A stretch of 64,000 nt of DNA from an uncultured Gammaproteobacteria bacterium (GTDB taxonomy: Bacteria; Patescibacteriota; Patescibacteriia; UBA9934; CAZDDW01): assembly GCA_965231015.1 (NCBI GenBank), contig OZ246408.1, positions 921,908-985,907 of the forward strand, given 5' to 3'. Position numbers and translations under genes: made by a program. Numbering within the stretch: the stretch's first letter is position 1; every line of letters starts with the position of its first letter. Shown here one piece after another: positions 47,821-57,568 of this stretch. Under the pieces are notes generated by a model that saw nothing but the letters and a program-made list of their open reading frames with translations, was not told the DNA's origin and did no database searches.

Positions 47821-47924
47821 TGTGCCTTTCCCCCTGGCTGTTGCATGGTTGAAAATTCAGTTTTAAAAGAAGTTCGACCGCTCTCCGAGGAGGGCGGTCG
47901 TTGAGAGTTGTTGTGGCCGGCTAG

Positions 47925-48155
47925 TTAGCTGGCCAAGGCGACGACCTGCTCGGCCTCGCGACACAGCGCGGCGGGGAGCATGCCCCTGATGCGCCGAGCG
48001 CTAGACGTGAGCGTTGTCGCTCGGGTGTGCGTTCCAGAGAACGCGGCCCGTCCGATGTCACCACCGGCCGGGATCACCGTCACGACAGTTCCGTCGCTCT
48101 GGCGGATCTGCTTGGGGGCATACTTGCCCACACGCGGCTTGATGGTGGCGTCCAT
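47925..48155 (-). CDS. Small GC-rich orphan
   Basis: GAGGAGAGGAG SD before ATG 48155. Confidence 0.55.
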   Translation of the reverse strand: MDATIKPRVGKYAPKQIRQSDGTVVTVIPAGGDIGRAAFSGTHTRATTLTSSARRIRGMLPAALCREAEQVVALAS

Positions 48156-48318
48156 CGGTCTCTCCTCTCCTCGAGAAGCGTTTCGCAGGCGTATTCCTAC
48201 TGACACTTCTACATATATATTTCATCATATTCTAGGCAAAAAGTCAATCATTTTATGCTCAATTTAAGCAAATTTGGCTAAAATAAAGAAAAAACTAGCC
48301 GTTAGGCTGATTCTTCAA

Positions 48319-48406
48319 TGGTGCCGAGGGTGAGAATTGAACTCACGACACGAGAATTTTCAGTCCTCTGCTCCCCCGCCATCTTCATGCTTGGCGGGAT
48401 ACCACT
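48319..48406 (-). pseudogene. Truncated duplicate of tRNA-Phe with a 26-nt palindrome insertion
   Basis: 48319-48373 matches the tRNA 3' part with one mismatch; insertion 48374-48399; TACCACT resumes at 48400. Confidence 0.8.
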
Positions 48407-48427
48407 CGCAATAAAAAATGACTCCAC

Positions 48428-48502
48428 TGGTGCCGAGGGTGAGAATTGAACTCACGACACGAGGATTTTCAGTCCTCTGCTCTACCACTGAGCTACCTCG
48501 GC
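48428..48502 (-). tRNA. tRNA-Phe(GAA)
   Basis: GCCGAGGTAGCTCAG...CTGAAAA...CTCGGCACCA. Confidence 0.95.
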
Positions 48503-48552
48503 TCCAAAGGAGTCATTTTTTAGTTGTAATCTTTTACAGCCACTTCGACTAA

Positions 48553-48999
48553 TTAATTATCATCTTCGTCTTCAATGTGTAGGCCTCGTAATACAACCAA
48601 AATTATCATGGACAAAACTGCAGCGATAATCGCTGGCCCATAGAGCCCCATTCCAATCACCATACCGATTGCCGCCACAATCCAGATTGACGCTGCCGTA
48701 GTCAAACCCTTCACGATTCCACGAGACTGAATAATTGTTCCAGCACCAATAAAACCAATACCGGCCAAAACATATGAAGCAACTCGAGAAATATCAACCG
48801 ATCCATCAGTAGCCATAGCCCCAAAAGAAATAGAGGCAATGGTGAATAAAGCTGTTCCCATTCCAACCAAGGCGTATGTCCTCACTCCGGCTGGCCGATG
48901 ACGATATTCCCTTTCTATTCCAATCATCCCGCACAACACCGCGGCCATGACGAGGCGGGCTAATATTTCTAAATCTCCGATGTGAAATAATTCTGGCAT
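48553..48999 (-). CDS. MgtC/SapB family membrane protein
   Basis: IGIERE, PAGVRT, GIGFIGAGTI, GLTTAASIW. Confidence 0.92.
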   Translation of the reverse strand: MPELFHIGDLEILARLVMAAVLCGMIGIEREYRHRPAGVRTYALVGMGTALFTIASISFGAMATDGSVDISRVASYVLAGIGFIGAGTIIQSRGIVKGLTTAASIWIVAAIGMVIGMGLYGPAIIAAVLSMIILVVLRGLHIEDEDDN

Positions 49000-49131
49000 A
49001 TGGGTCTCTGTTATTGATTGGTGGCTCACCATCCGAAGCTTCATGATCAATATTCAGAGTCCCCCTTCGCTCCTTCGCTCCTTCGGAGGACATCCTCCGC
49101 TTTATAATAAATATCTTAATGAAGCGTAGGG

Positions 49132-49208
49132 TGGTGGGCGTGCCTGGATTCGAACCAGGGACCCCAGTCTTATCAGGACTGTGCTCTAACCAACTGAGCT
49201 ACACGCCC
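49132..49208 (-). tRNA. tRNA-Ile(GAT)
   Basis: GGGCGTGTAGCTCAG...CTGATAA...GTTCGAATCC...CCCACCA. Confidence 0.95.
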
Positions 49209-49352
49209 ACATTTGATCATTGAAATTACTTCAACTGATTCTAATGGACAGGGCCTAGTATAGCTAAAAAATGTAATTTTGGCAAGTCCTGGTAAAGACT
49301 ATGTTTCTGGGATAAAATAGGGTATAATCAAGCTACAATTAACCCAATATTT

Positions 49353-50498
49353 ATGAAAAAAATAATCATTTTAATGGCCTTGGGTCTTCTTTTGACCCCA
49401 GTGACTGGTCTGCGCGCAGCTGCTGAGATAATCTATTCGGACACCTTGCTTACCACATATGGACAGATCCTTAATCCGGACAACTCACTTGGTGAACCAG
49501 ATGATGCATATGCTGATTATATGGCTCAAAATTCTTACCTCGAACTAAGCTTCGAACAAACAGACCTGACCTCTGATGTAATCCTTCACTACAATCTGCT
49601 TAATTATGGCGCCTCAGCAACAGTGACTTTTTATGACTCCGAGGGATATATTGTTTATGATCATGGTGATACCTTGCCGCTGGGAGACAGTCTAACCATT
49701 GAATATTTTGGTGAAGAGCCTTATGAGTATATCCGTGTTAATTCCAACAATGATGTGACCTGGCGACTTGATGCGGTTAGTACTTCTGTGACAATGGGAG
49801 AGGAAGAATCTGAAGAGGAAGAATCTGAAGAGGAAGAATCTGAAGAGGAAGAAGAGGGCGAAGGAGAAGAGTCCGAAGATAGTATTATCGAGCAAGGAGA
49901 CTTGATTAAACTACCTGATGATGGAGACAAAAACACTACATACGATTCAGCTGTTTACACCATCGGAGCCGATGGTAAACGCCATGCCTTCCCTAACGAA
50001 ACCGTCTTTTATTCCTGGTATAAAAGCTTTGAAGATGTTCAAGAAGTAGAACAATCAGTTATGGACGAGTACTCACTTGGTGCTAACGTTACCATGCGAC
50101 CAGGAACATACCTTGTTAAAATTCAAACAGCTAATTCAGTTTATGCAGTTGAACACAATGGCATCCTGCGCGAGATTGATTCAGAAACCATCGCTGAAGA
50201 TCTGTATGGTGAAGAATGGGCCGGGTTTGTTCGTGATGTGGCAGATGTTTTCTGGGCAAACTATGAAATCGGGGATGATCTGGCAAGTGCTGTGCATCCG
50301 GACGGAACATTATTGGTAGCCCCAAGCGGAGAAATAGTGTATCTCAATAATGGAGTTTACTACGGACTCCCAGGGGACACATATAATCAGATGCGCTTTC
50401 AATCAACTTACCAGGTCCCAGCAAGTGAAGACATTTTTGAAATGTATGTAGACGGAGGTGATTTAACACCTCTGAACTACATGCTGTTCCCGTACTAG
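49353..50498 (+). CDS. Secreted/surface acidic protein
   Basis: Signal peptide; EEESE linker; GDLIK...SAVY...DGKRHAFPNE...RPGT domain that I recognise from ABY1-class CPR proteins. Confidence 0.8.
   Translation: MKKIIILMALGLLLTPVTGLRAAAEIIYSDTLLTTYGQILNPDNSLGEPDDAYADYMAQNSYLELSFEQTDLTSDVILHYNLLNYGASATVTFYDSEGYIVYDHGDTLPLGDSLTIEYFGEEPYEYIRVNSNNDVTWRLDAVSTSVTMGEEESEEEESEEEESEEEEEGEGEESEDSIIEQGDLIKLPDDGDKNTTYDSAVYTIGADGKRHAFPNETVFYSWYKSFEDVQEVEQSVMDEYSLGANVTMRPGTYLVKIQTANSVYAVEHNGILREIDSETIAEDLYGEEWAGFVRDVADVFWANYEIGDDLASAVHPDGTLLVAPSGEIVYLNNGVYYGLPGDTYNQMRFQSTYQVPASEDIFEMYVDGGDLTPLNYMLFPY
49800..49853 (+). repeat. Coding 15-nt tandem repeat
   Basis: GAGGAAGAATCTGAA x3 plus a partial copy. Confidence 0.85.
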
Positions 50499-50551
50499 GA
50501 TCGACTGAATCAAACAACCACAAAACCGGCGCCTAAACGCCGGTTTTGTCT

Positions 50552-50626
50552 TGGAGCGGGTGACGGGAATCGAACCCGTATCATCTGCTTGGAAGGCAGA
50601 GATAATAGCCTTTATACGACACCCGC
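50552..50626 (-). tRNA. tRNA-Gly(TCC)
   Basis: GCGGGTG...CTTCCAA...GTTCGATTCCC...CCGCTCCA. Confidence 0.93.
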
Positions 50627-50736
50627 ATTGAAAATTTACAATGATCAGGGCTCAATTTTCATTGAAGTTTCAATTAACTAATTGTTAAATTGATTATTAA
50701 ATGAAAAATTGAAAATTTGTAAATTGATCATTTTCA

Positions 50737-50812
50737 TGGTCGGGCTGGCGGGTCTCGAACCCACGACCTCATGGTCCCAAACCATGCGCTCTACCTACTG
50801 AGCTACAGCCCG
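50737..50812 (-). tRNA. tRNA-Pro(TGG)
   Basis: CGGGCTGTAGCTCAG...CATGG TTTGGGA CCATG...CCCGACCA. Confidence 0.93.
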
Positions 50813-50886
50813 AAAAAAAATCACGTCCTTAACGGAGTGACCAAATTCTAGCAAATATCCCTAATCTTGTCAACGAAAATACTAAG

Positions 50887-51354
50887 CTAGCGGGCAACCT
50901 CAATTTCGTCTGTTCGTTCCGGATAACAGGCTCCTACCGCCAATATTCCATTAGTGTTACGGCGGATATAATACCCGGTTTTTTCCGGGGTTCCATAGAG
51001 ATAATCGTATGGAATCTTACCCAAATAACCCTCTTCCCATAAACGTGACATATCAACACAGGATTCCTGGGTTAACACATCACCACAAAACTCACCCCCT
51101 GAAAGACACGTGCCAATCTGATAATTATGTCCGGGATAAAGAGTATACAAGGCAGTGGTAGAATATCCAGCGTGATCTACCTCATCAATCCGAATGGCGT
51201 GGATAATTGACTCTACATCTGACGACCGTTGTGCGTCACGGGCCTCTGCAAACCGTCGTGGTGGATCAAGTAAAACCAAAATAATCGTTAGGATGATTGC
51301 AATTATTCCTAACACGATTAATAACTCCACCAGTGTAAAGCCTTTTTTATTCAT
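50887..51354 (-). CDS. Type IV pilin-like protein
   Basis: KKGFTLVELLIVLGIIAII prepilin cleavage motif; ARDAQRSSD. Confidence 0.92.
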   Translation of the reverse strand: MNKKGFTLVELLIVLGIIAIILTIILVLLDPPRRFAEARDAQRSSDVESIIHAIRIDEVDHAGYSTTALYTLYPGHNYQIGTCLSGGEFCGDVLTQESCVDMSRLWEEGYLGKIPYDYLYGTPEKTGYYIRRNTNGILAVGACYPERTDEIEVAR

Positions 51355-51415
51355 AACCTATATCAAATTATAGCATATTTGAGTCGTTTTCCTTACCAAC
51401 AGTCGTCCACAAGGC

Positions 51416-52330
51416 CTACATGACCTCTTGATAATATTTTGCTGCGTCTTCCGGGCTGACAGCGTTGATAATTAATCCTGAACCAATCTCGACCCCGGCC
51501 CAAACACTGCCTCGAGGAATAATTTTCATATATAAGTGTTGATCCGATTCAGAAACCACTTGGTGAAAATAAAAATTGTACGGTAGTTTAAGTTTATTGA
51601 TTTGTTTGAGAACTTTTTTCAGCACCTTAGCCCACGAATTTTGTTCATCAGGATTCAATTCAGCCACATTATCTAAATGACGTTTCGGCAAAATCCAAAC
51701 CTCATAATTGTGCATAGATGCATACGGGGTAAAACAAATCACATTATCATCTTCAAAGACAAAGCGCGGACTTTTTCTTTCTTTTTTAATAACATCACAA
51801 TATAAGCACCGACCCTTTTCCTTTTGATACTTCTTTACCCGCTCAGCCTTATCTTTTAAGTGTGGTGGCAAAAATTTTGTGGCAAAAATTTGTGAGTGGG
51901 CATGTTGAATTGAAGCCCCGGCCGGCCCACCACTATTTTTAAAAATCAAAATGTAATCTATCTTTCGATCTTTTTGCAATTCCAGAGTTCTTCGAGCATA
52001 AACTTCAAAAAGATTCCGGATCTGCTTGATTGATAATTGTTCTAAATGATTTTCATGATCAGGGGTCTCGATCACCACCTCTTGATATCCATAAGCCTTG
52101 GGATTTTTGGGACTGATTGCTGGGTATTTATTTTTCAATACCGCAATACTCCAGTCGTTCTTTTCCCCCTGCCAGTCAACCAAACGTTCCTTTAGGTTAG
52201 ACGGGCAAAAATGACAAGCTTTGGTTTTCTTGAGACTTGTTTTTGGCTTTTGGTGCGGTCGCTTGCCACGCTTGGGAGCAATCAACACATACTTTTCTTG
52301 AATATAATCTTTGCGTATTTCAGGCTTCAT
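51416..52330 (-). CDS. galT: Galactose-1-phosphate uridylyltransferase (GalT family)
   Basis: RGKRP, CHFCP, NKYPA, EVVIETPDH, AGASIQHAHSQ. Confidence 0.88.
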   Translation of the reverse strand: MKPEIRKDYIQEKYVLIAPKRGKRPHQKPKTSLKKTKACHFCPSNLKERLVDWQGEKNDWSIAVLKNKYPAISPKNPKAYGYQEVVIETPDHENHLEQLSIKQIRNLFEVYARRTLELQKDRKIDYILIFKNSGGPAGASIQHAHSQIFATKFLPPHLKDKAERVKKYQKEKGRCLYCDVIKKERKSPRFVFEDDNVICFTPYASMHNYEVWILPKRHLDNVAELNPDEQNSWAKVLKKVLKQINKLKLPYNFYFHQVVSESDQHLYMKIIPRGSVWAGVEIGSGLIINAVSPEDAAKYYQEVM

Positions 52331-52818
52331 AAATCAAGATTAATTGTTGAACCAGCAATAGCTACAGCTAAAGCATCAGCGGCGTCATCAGGTTTGGGTA
52401 CCGATGATAAGCTTAAAAGACGTTTAACCATTTGCTGCATCTGAGTTTTATCTGCGTTGCCATCCCCAGTAACAGCAAGTTTAATTTGATTTGGTTTTAA
52501 TTCGATTAGTGGAAGACCTGCCCTAGCCACTGCCGCAAGTACCACCCCGCGAGCCTCGGCCACCTTCATAGCCGTGGTTGAGCTCTTGCCAAAAAACAAT
52601 TCTTCCACTACCACCACCTCCGGGTTAGTTCGAGTTAAGAGTTCCATAATATCCTGTTCAATTTCAAGCAACCGATCTTGATGAGCCGTTTCGGTTTCGG
52701 TTGTGATACAACCCGTATCTATCATCTCATAATCCGACCCATCGAACATCACCACACCAAAACCACACCGGCCGAAACCAGGATCAATTCCAAAAATAAC
52801 TTTTCTTTCCTTAGGCAT
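52327..52818 (-). CDS. ruvC: Holliday junction resolvase RuvC
   Basis: GIDPG, VEELFF, EARGV, PDDAADALAVA. Confidence 0.96.
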   Translation of the reverse strand: MPKERKVIFGIDPGFGRCGFGVVMFDGSDYEMIDTGCITTETETAHQDRLLEIEQDIMELLTRTNPEVVVVEELFFGKSSTTAMKVAEARGVVLAAVARAGLPLIELKPNQIKLAVTGDGNADKTQMQQMVKRLLSLSSVPKPDDAADALAVAIAGSTINLDL

Positions 52819-52870
52819 ACCATCAATATATCACAAAAGCAGGCTCGGCGCCTGCTTTTGTCTAATTCAA

Positions 52871-53593
52871 CTATTTTTCGTTGGTTATCACATCAGACAC
52901 ATCATCGTTATCATCCAATGCCTCGTAAAGAGTTTGCAATTTCTTTTGTGATTCTTCATCAATCTCTTGTGGGTCTTTTGGAACGTAGGTTAAGTCTGCT
53001 GAATCAGTTTCAATACCAAGTACGTTAATCGCTTCCGTAACTTTTTGTAGATCCGTTGGTGCAGTGATGATCTCAAGTCCACCTTCATCATCTTGAATAT
53101 CTTCAGCGCCTGAATCAATCACAGTTAATTCGAATTCATCCCGATCTTTCACCTTGGATGCATCCTCAAGACTGATCACACCCTTACGGTCGAACATCCA
53201 CATTACTGACCCTTGTCCAGCCATGGAAGAACCATACTTACCAAGAATATGTTTTACTTCTGCCACGGTCCGATTAGTATTGTCGGTCAGTCCGATGATC
53301 AGCATACCAATTCCTCCTGGCCCATAGGCTTCATAAACAACTTCTTCGAGCTGACCTTCTCCACCCTCTCCGGTTCCCCGAGCGATCGCTCGCTCGATTT
53401 TGTCTTTCGGCAGATTCCCGGCTTTGGCCTTATCAATCGCCATGCGCAACTGGAAATTCATGGATGGATCTCCTCCACCATCGCGTGCGGCCACAGTCAC
53501 AGCTTTGGCAAGTTTTGTGAACACTTTAGCTCGAGCTGCATCCGTGGCTCCCTTTTTCTGTCTAACTTTGTGCCATTTACTGTGTCCAGACAT
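52871..53593 (-). CDS. yebC: YebC/PmpR family protein
   Basis: MSGHSKW, YEAYGPGG, TDNTNRT. Confidence 0.95.
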   Translation of the reverse strand: MSGHSKWHKVRQKKGATDAARAKVFTKLAKAVTVAARDGGGDPSMNFQLRMAIDKAKAGNLPKDKIERAIARGTGEGGEGQLEEVVYEAYGPGGIGMLIIGLTDNTNRTVAEVKHILGKYGSSMAGQGSVMWMFDRKGVISLEDASKVKDRDEFELTVIDSGAEDIQDDEGGLEIITAPTDLQKVTEAINVLGIETDSADLTYVPKDPQEIDEESQKKLQTLYEALDDNDDVSDVITNEK

Positions 53594-53595
53594 AA

Positions 53596-56500
53596 CTAAA
53601 CTGTTTCAGCTTCCTCCCCCTCCTCTTCTAACTCTTCCTCGATTTCCTCTTCCAATTCAAGCAAGTTATCCGGATACCCGGTTCCCACTGGAATCAAGCG
53701 CCCAATAATCACGTTCTCTTTCAATCCCTGCAGTTTATCAATTCGTCCAGTCACGGCCGCATTAACCAATACTCGGGTTGTTTCTTGGAAGGAGGCCGCA
53801 GAAAGCCAAGAATCGGTCGAGAGTGAAACCTTGGTTATACCAAGGAACAACTGATCAGCCTCTGCCAACTTACCACCTTCCGCAGCCACGCGGTCGTTTT
53901 CATTAAGCCAAGTATTCTTTTCCACTATCTCACCCGGCAACAATTCTGTGTCTCCGGCATCAGTAACCATAACTCGACTAAACATTTGACGAATAATAAT
54001 CTCAATGTGTTTATTGTTGAGCTTCTGTCCCTGTGAGGTGTAGATAAACTGAATTTCTTTTGAGAGATAACGTTGAACAGCGTCTTGCCCTTTATGCTTG
54101 AACAAAAGTTGCAAATCCAAGTGACCTTCAGTAATAGGGTCACCGGCCACAACTTCGTCACCGTCCTTAACGTAGAGTGAGTAACCTGGCGGGATAATGT
54201 ATTCACGAACCTTTGAAGCCTCATAAACTACCGTAATGGTATTCTTTTCTACCTTGGCAGTTCCCTTTACTTCAGAAAGTACTTTTTCGCCATCTTTTTG
54301 CTCCCCAAGCACGTCACCTGGTTGCACATCTGTTCCGTCTTCAATCATGACCTTACCACCCCGCTTTACAGCATAGGAAACTTCTTCCATACCAGTGTAG
54401 TGAATTTTAACTACGCTCTGGCCCGGTCGAGTATCCACGATCTGTTTACCGGTTCCGGCCTGAACAATTTCTCGTTCTACCTTCTCAATCTCAACTTTTC
54501 CGGACACTTCAGCCATGACCGCCTTTTGTTTTGGTTGACGAGCTTCAAAAAGCTCTTCAACACGAGGCAGACCCTGGGTAATATCTTTACCACCGGCCAC
54601 ACCACCAGTGTGGAAGGTACGCATGGTCAACTGCGTTCCAGGCTCACCAATGGATTGAGCGGCCATAATTCCCACTGCAGTTCCCGGCTTGACCATTTTG
54701 TTATAGGCCAAGTCGTATCCATAACACTTCTGACACACTCCGTTGCGTAGCTTGCAGGTCATTACCGAACGCACATGCGCTTCTTGGAGTTCTTCTTTAG
54801 CGGACTCTAGTTCCCGAATGTGATCCTCTACCACTAACTCTCCGGCTTTGACAATGACCTTGCGACCACCCGGCTTCTTGATATCTGAGAGTGCCACCCG
54901 ACCGAGAATTCTCACTAAGAGTGGCTCACCAATTTCATCTGACTCTTCTTTGGTTAAAAGCACTCCATCGGCATCTCCACAATCTTCAGCACGCACTACC
55001 ACATCTTGTGACACATCCACCAGACGTCGAGTCAAATATCCGGCTGAAGCTGTTCGAAGAGCCGTATCGGTCAACCCTTTTCGCACTCCGTGACTTGAAA
55101 TAAAGAATTCCAACACGTCTAACCCTTCCTTAAACGACCGCTTTACAGGCAACTCAATAATTCCTCCTGACGGAGAAGCCTTAAGTCCAATCATGCCCAC
55201 CGCCTGGGTAAACTGCCCCTTGGAACCTCGAGCTCCAGATTCAATCATACTGAATACTGGACCGTCTTTTTCAAGCTGATCCCAAGCTAAATCTGCAACT
55301 TTATCCTTGATTTCATTCCAAATTTTGACAATGGAATTGTGGCGTTCAGATTGGGTTAAGAGTCCCTGAGAGAAATATTCTTCTACCTCTTGAATCTTTT
55401 TCTCCCCTTCCTCGATCAAGGCATCTTTACCCTGCACGTCCGGAAGGTTGGCTGCACCATAAGAGTATCCAGACAGGGTGGCATGTTTAAACCCAAGATC
55501 TTTTAGATCATCAAGTACTTTAGCAGTTGCTTCTGAACCATTAATTTCAATGGCATCCTTAACAATTGTCGCCAACTGTTTTTTACCAATAGCCTGATTC
55601 ATGAACGGAATATCTGACGGAAACTTTTCATTAACAAGCAGTCGCCCGGTAGTCGTAACAATCACTTCACCATTGTTCAAACGAACTCGAATCCAGTCAC
55701 GCAAACCAATCTGCTTAATGCTATAGGCATACTTTGCTTCAGTCAAATCAGCAAAATTTAAGAGATTCTTTTCGTCAGGTTCATCAAAGGTGGTTGTCAT
55801 GTAATAGGTAGCCCAGGCAATATCCATTCCCGGAGAAGCCACTGGAGCCCCGTGAGCAGGTTTCAATAAGTTCTTGGTGGCAAGCATCAGATTTTCCGCC
55901 TCCCAGACTGCTTCTTCAGTAAGCGGTACGTGAACTGCCATTTGGTCTCCATCGAAGTCAGCGTTATAAGCGCTACACACCAACGGATGCAACTGTATAG
56001 CCTTACCCTCAATAAGGGTTGGTCGGAAAGCCTGAATACCCAGTCGGTGTAGTGTTGGAGCACGGTTCAATAGCACGAAAGCGGTCTGAATAACCTCTTC
56101 CAAAATATCCCAAGTTTCCGGTCGGTCTGAATCAATGAAACGGTTGGCACTGCGAATATTGTGCACGTACTCACGTTCAATGAGTTTACTGATGATAAAT
56201 GGCTTGAAAAGCTCCAGAGCCATTTTCTTTGGAATACCACACTGTTCTATCTTAAGGTGCGGTCCCACTACAATCACTGAACGACCAGAGTAATCGATTC
56301 GTTTTCCAAGCAGGTTCTGTCGGAAACGTCCCTGCTTTCCTTTTAAGATATCGGCTAACGACTTCAACTGACGCTTCTTACCGGTCGCCGCAATCACGGT
56401 CTTTGAGTGCCGAGCACTGTTATCAATTAAAGCGTCTACCGCTTCTTGCAACATCCGTTTTTCATTTCGACTGATCACTTCCGGTGCGTTCAAATCCTTT

Positions 56501-57546
56501 AAGCGTTTCAAACGATTGTTGCGGTTGATTACGCGTCGATACAAATCATTCAAGTCTGAAGTTGCAAAACGCCCACCATCAAGCGGAACCATTGGCCGCA
56601 AATCAGGCGGAATGATAGGAACAGCCTTTAAGATCATCCAATGTGGTTCAATCCCGTTTAAGTGAAGTGATTTCATGAGTTTCAACCGACGGACCAATTT
56701 ATCCTTTTTAGCACCGCTGGCTTTTTCTAGCTCCTCTTCCATGAGTTTCATGGTGTCGGCCAAATTGATTCGAGAAAGCAGAGTGTTGATAGCTTCAGCT
56801 CCGATTTCAGCCTCAAAAATGTGACCATATTTGAGTGACCAATCCTGATAGGTGGTCTCGGAAATGATCTGCATCACTTTCATCTCTTTAAGCTCTTTGT
56901 CCACGATCATGAAATCTTCGTCCAATTCCTCCATTTTTTCATCTTTCAAAGTTTCCAAACGATCCGTTTCTTCTTTCAACTTTTTATTATCTTCGGCAAA
57001 CTTGCTGGCCGCCCGATCAATGTCACGTTTGTATTCACCTTCAATAATTTTCTTCTTTTGCTTGTACTCCTGTTTGACCTGTTCGCGGGTAACTTCGAGT
57101 GCCTCTTCGTCAATATCTGTAATAATGAAGTTGGCAAAGTAAATAATCTTTTCCAGTGACTGGACTGACATGTCTAGAATAGTACCAATCTTTGATGGCA
57201 CCCCTCGCAAAAACCAGATATGACTAGCCGGTGCACAAAGATCAATGTGCCCCATACGCTCACGTCGCACAATCGAGTGGGTCACTTCAACACCACACTT
57301 ATCACACACTATTCCCTTGTAGCGAATCTTTTTATACTTTCCGCAATAACACTCCCAATCTTTACTTGGACCGAAAATTTCTTCTGCAAAGAGTCCGGCC
57401 TTTTCTGGCTTTTGAGTTCGGTAGTTAATGGTTTCCGGTTTAGTGATTTCACCGTGCGACCAATCACGAATAGTATCCGGTGAGGCCAAGCGAAGACGAA
57501 TCGAGTCAAAGTCAGTGGTTTTTAAGGTTTCTTGTTTCTGTAACAT
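53596..57546 (-). CDS. rpoC: RNA polymerase beta' subunit
   Basis: KPETINYRT, NADFDGDQMAVH, QLTMRTFH, LKENVIIG. Confidence 0.99.
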   Translation of the reverse strand: MLQKQETLKTTDFDSIRLRLASPDTIRDWSHGEITKPETINYRTQKPEKAGLFAEEIFGPSKDWECYCGKYKKIRYKGIVCDKCGVEVTHSIVRRERMGHIDLCAPASHIWFLRGVPSKIGTILDMSVQSLEKIIYFANFIITDIDEEALEVTREQVKQEYKQKKKIIEGEYKRDIDRAASKFAEDNKKLKEETDRLETLKDEKMEELDEDFMIVDKELKEMKVMQIISETTYQDWSLKYGHIFEAEIGAEAINTLLSRINLADTMKLMEEELEKASGAKKDKLVRRLKLMKSLHLNGIEPHWMILKAVPIIPPDLRPMVPLDGGRFATSDLNDLYRRVINRNNRLKRLKDLNAPEVISRNEKRMLQEAVDALIDNSARHSKTVIAATGKKRQLKSLADILKGKQGRFRQNLLGKRIDYSGRSVIVVGPHLKIEQCGIPKKMALELFKPFIISKLIEREYVHNIRSANRFIDSDRPETWDILEEVIQTAFVLLNRAPTLHRLGIQAFRPTLIEGKAIQLHPLVCSAYNADFDGDQMAVHVPLTEEAVWEAENLMLATKNLLKPAHGAPVASPGMDIAWATYYMTTTFDEPDEKNLLNFADLTEAKYAYSIKQIGLRDWIRVRLNNGEVIVTTTGRLLVNEKFPSDIPFMNQAIGKKQLATIVKDAIEINGSEATAKVLDDLKDLGFKHATLSGYSYGAANLPDVQGKDALIEEGEKKIQEVEEYFSQGLLTQSERHNSIVKIWNEIKDKVADLAWDQLEKDGPVFSMIESGARGSKGQFTQAVGMIGLKASPSGGIIELPVKRSFKEGLDVLEFFISSHGVRKGLTDTALRTASAGYLTRRLVDVSQDVVVRAEDCGDADGVLLTKEESDEIGEPLLVRILGRVALSDIKKPGGRKVIVKAGELVVEDHIRELESAKEELQEAHVRSVMTCKLRNGVCQKCYGYDLAYNKMVKPGTAVGIMAAQSIGEPGTQLTMRTFHTGGVAGGKDITQGLPRVEELFEARQPKQKAVMAEVSGKVEIEKVEREIVQAGTGKQIVDTRPGQSVVKIHYTGMEEVSYAVKRGGKVMIEDGTDVQPGDVLGEQKDGEKVLSEVKGTAKVEKNTITVVYEASKVREYIIPPGYSLYVKDGDEVVAGDPITEGHLDLQLLFKHKGQDAVQRYLSKEIQFIYTSQGQKLNNKHIEIIIRQMFSRVMVTDAGDTELLPGEIVEKNTWLNENDRVAAEGGKLAEADQLFLGITKVSLSTDSWLSAASFQETTRVLVNAAVTGRIDKLQGLKENVIIGRLIPVGTGYPDNLLELEEEIEEELEEEGEEAETV

Positions 57547-57568
57547 ATATTTATTCTCTTAATTACCT

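Noticed and set aside
45511-47904. Several long plus-strand ORFs
   Set aside because: Stop-poor antisense frames of the GC-rich 815-aa gene.
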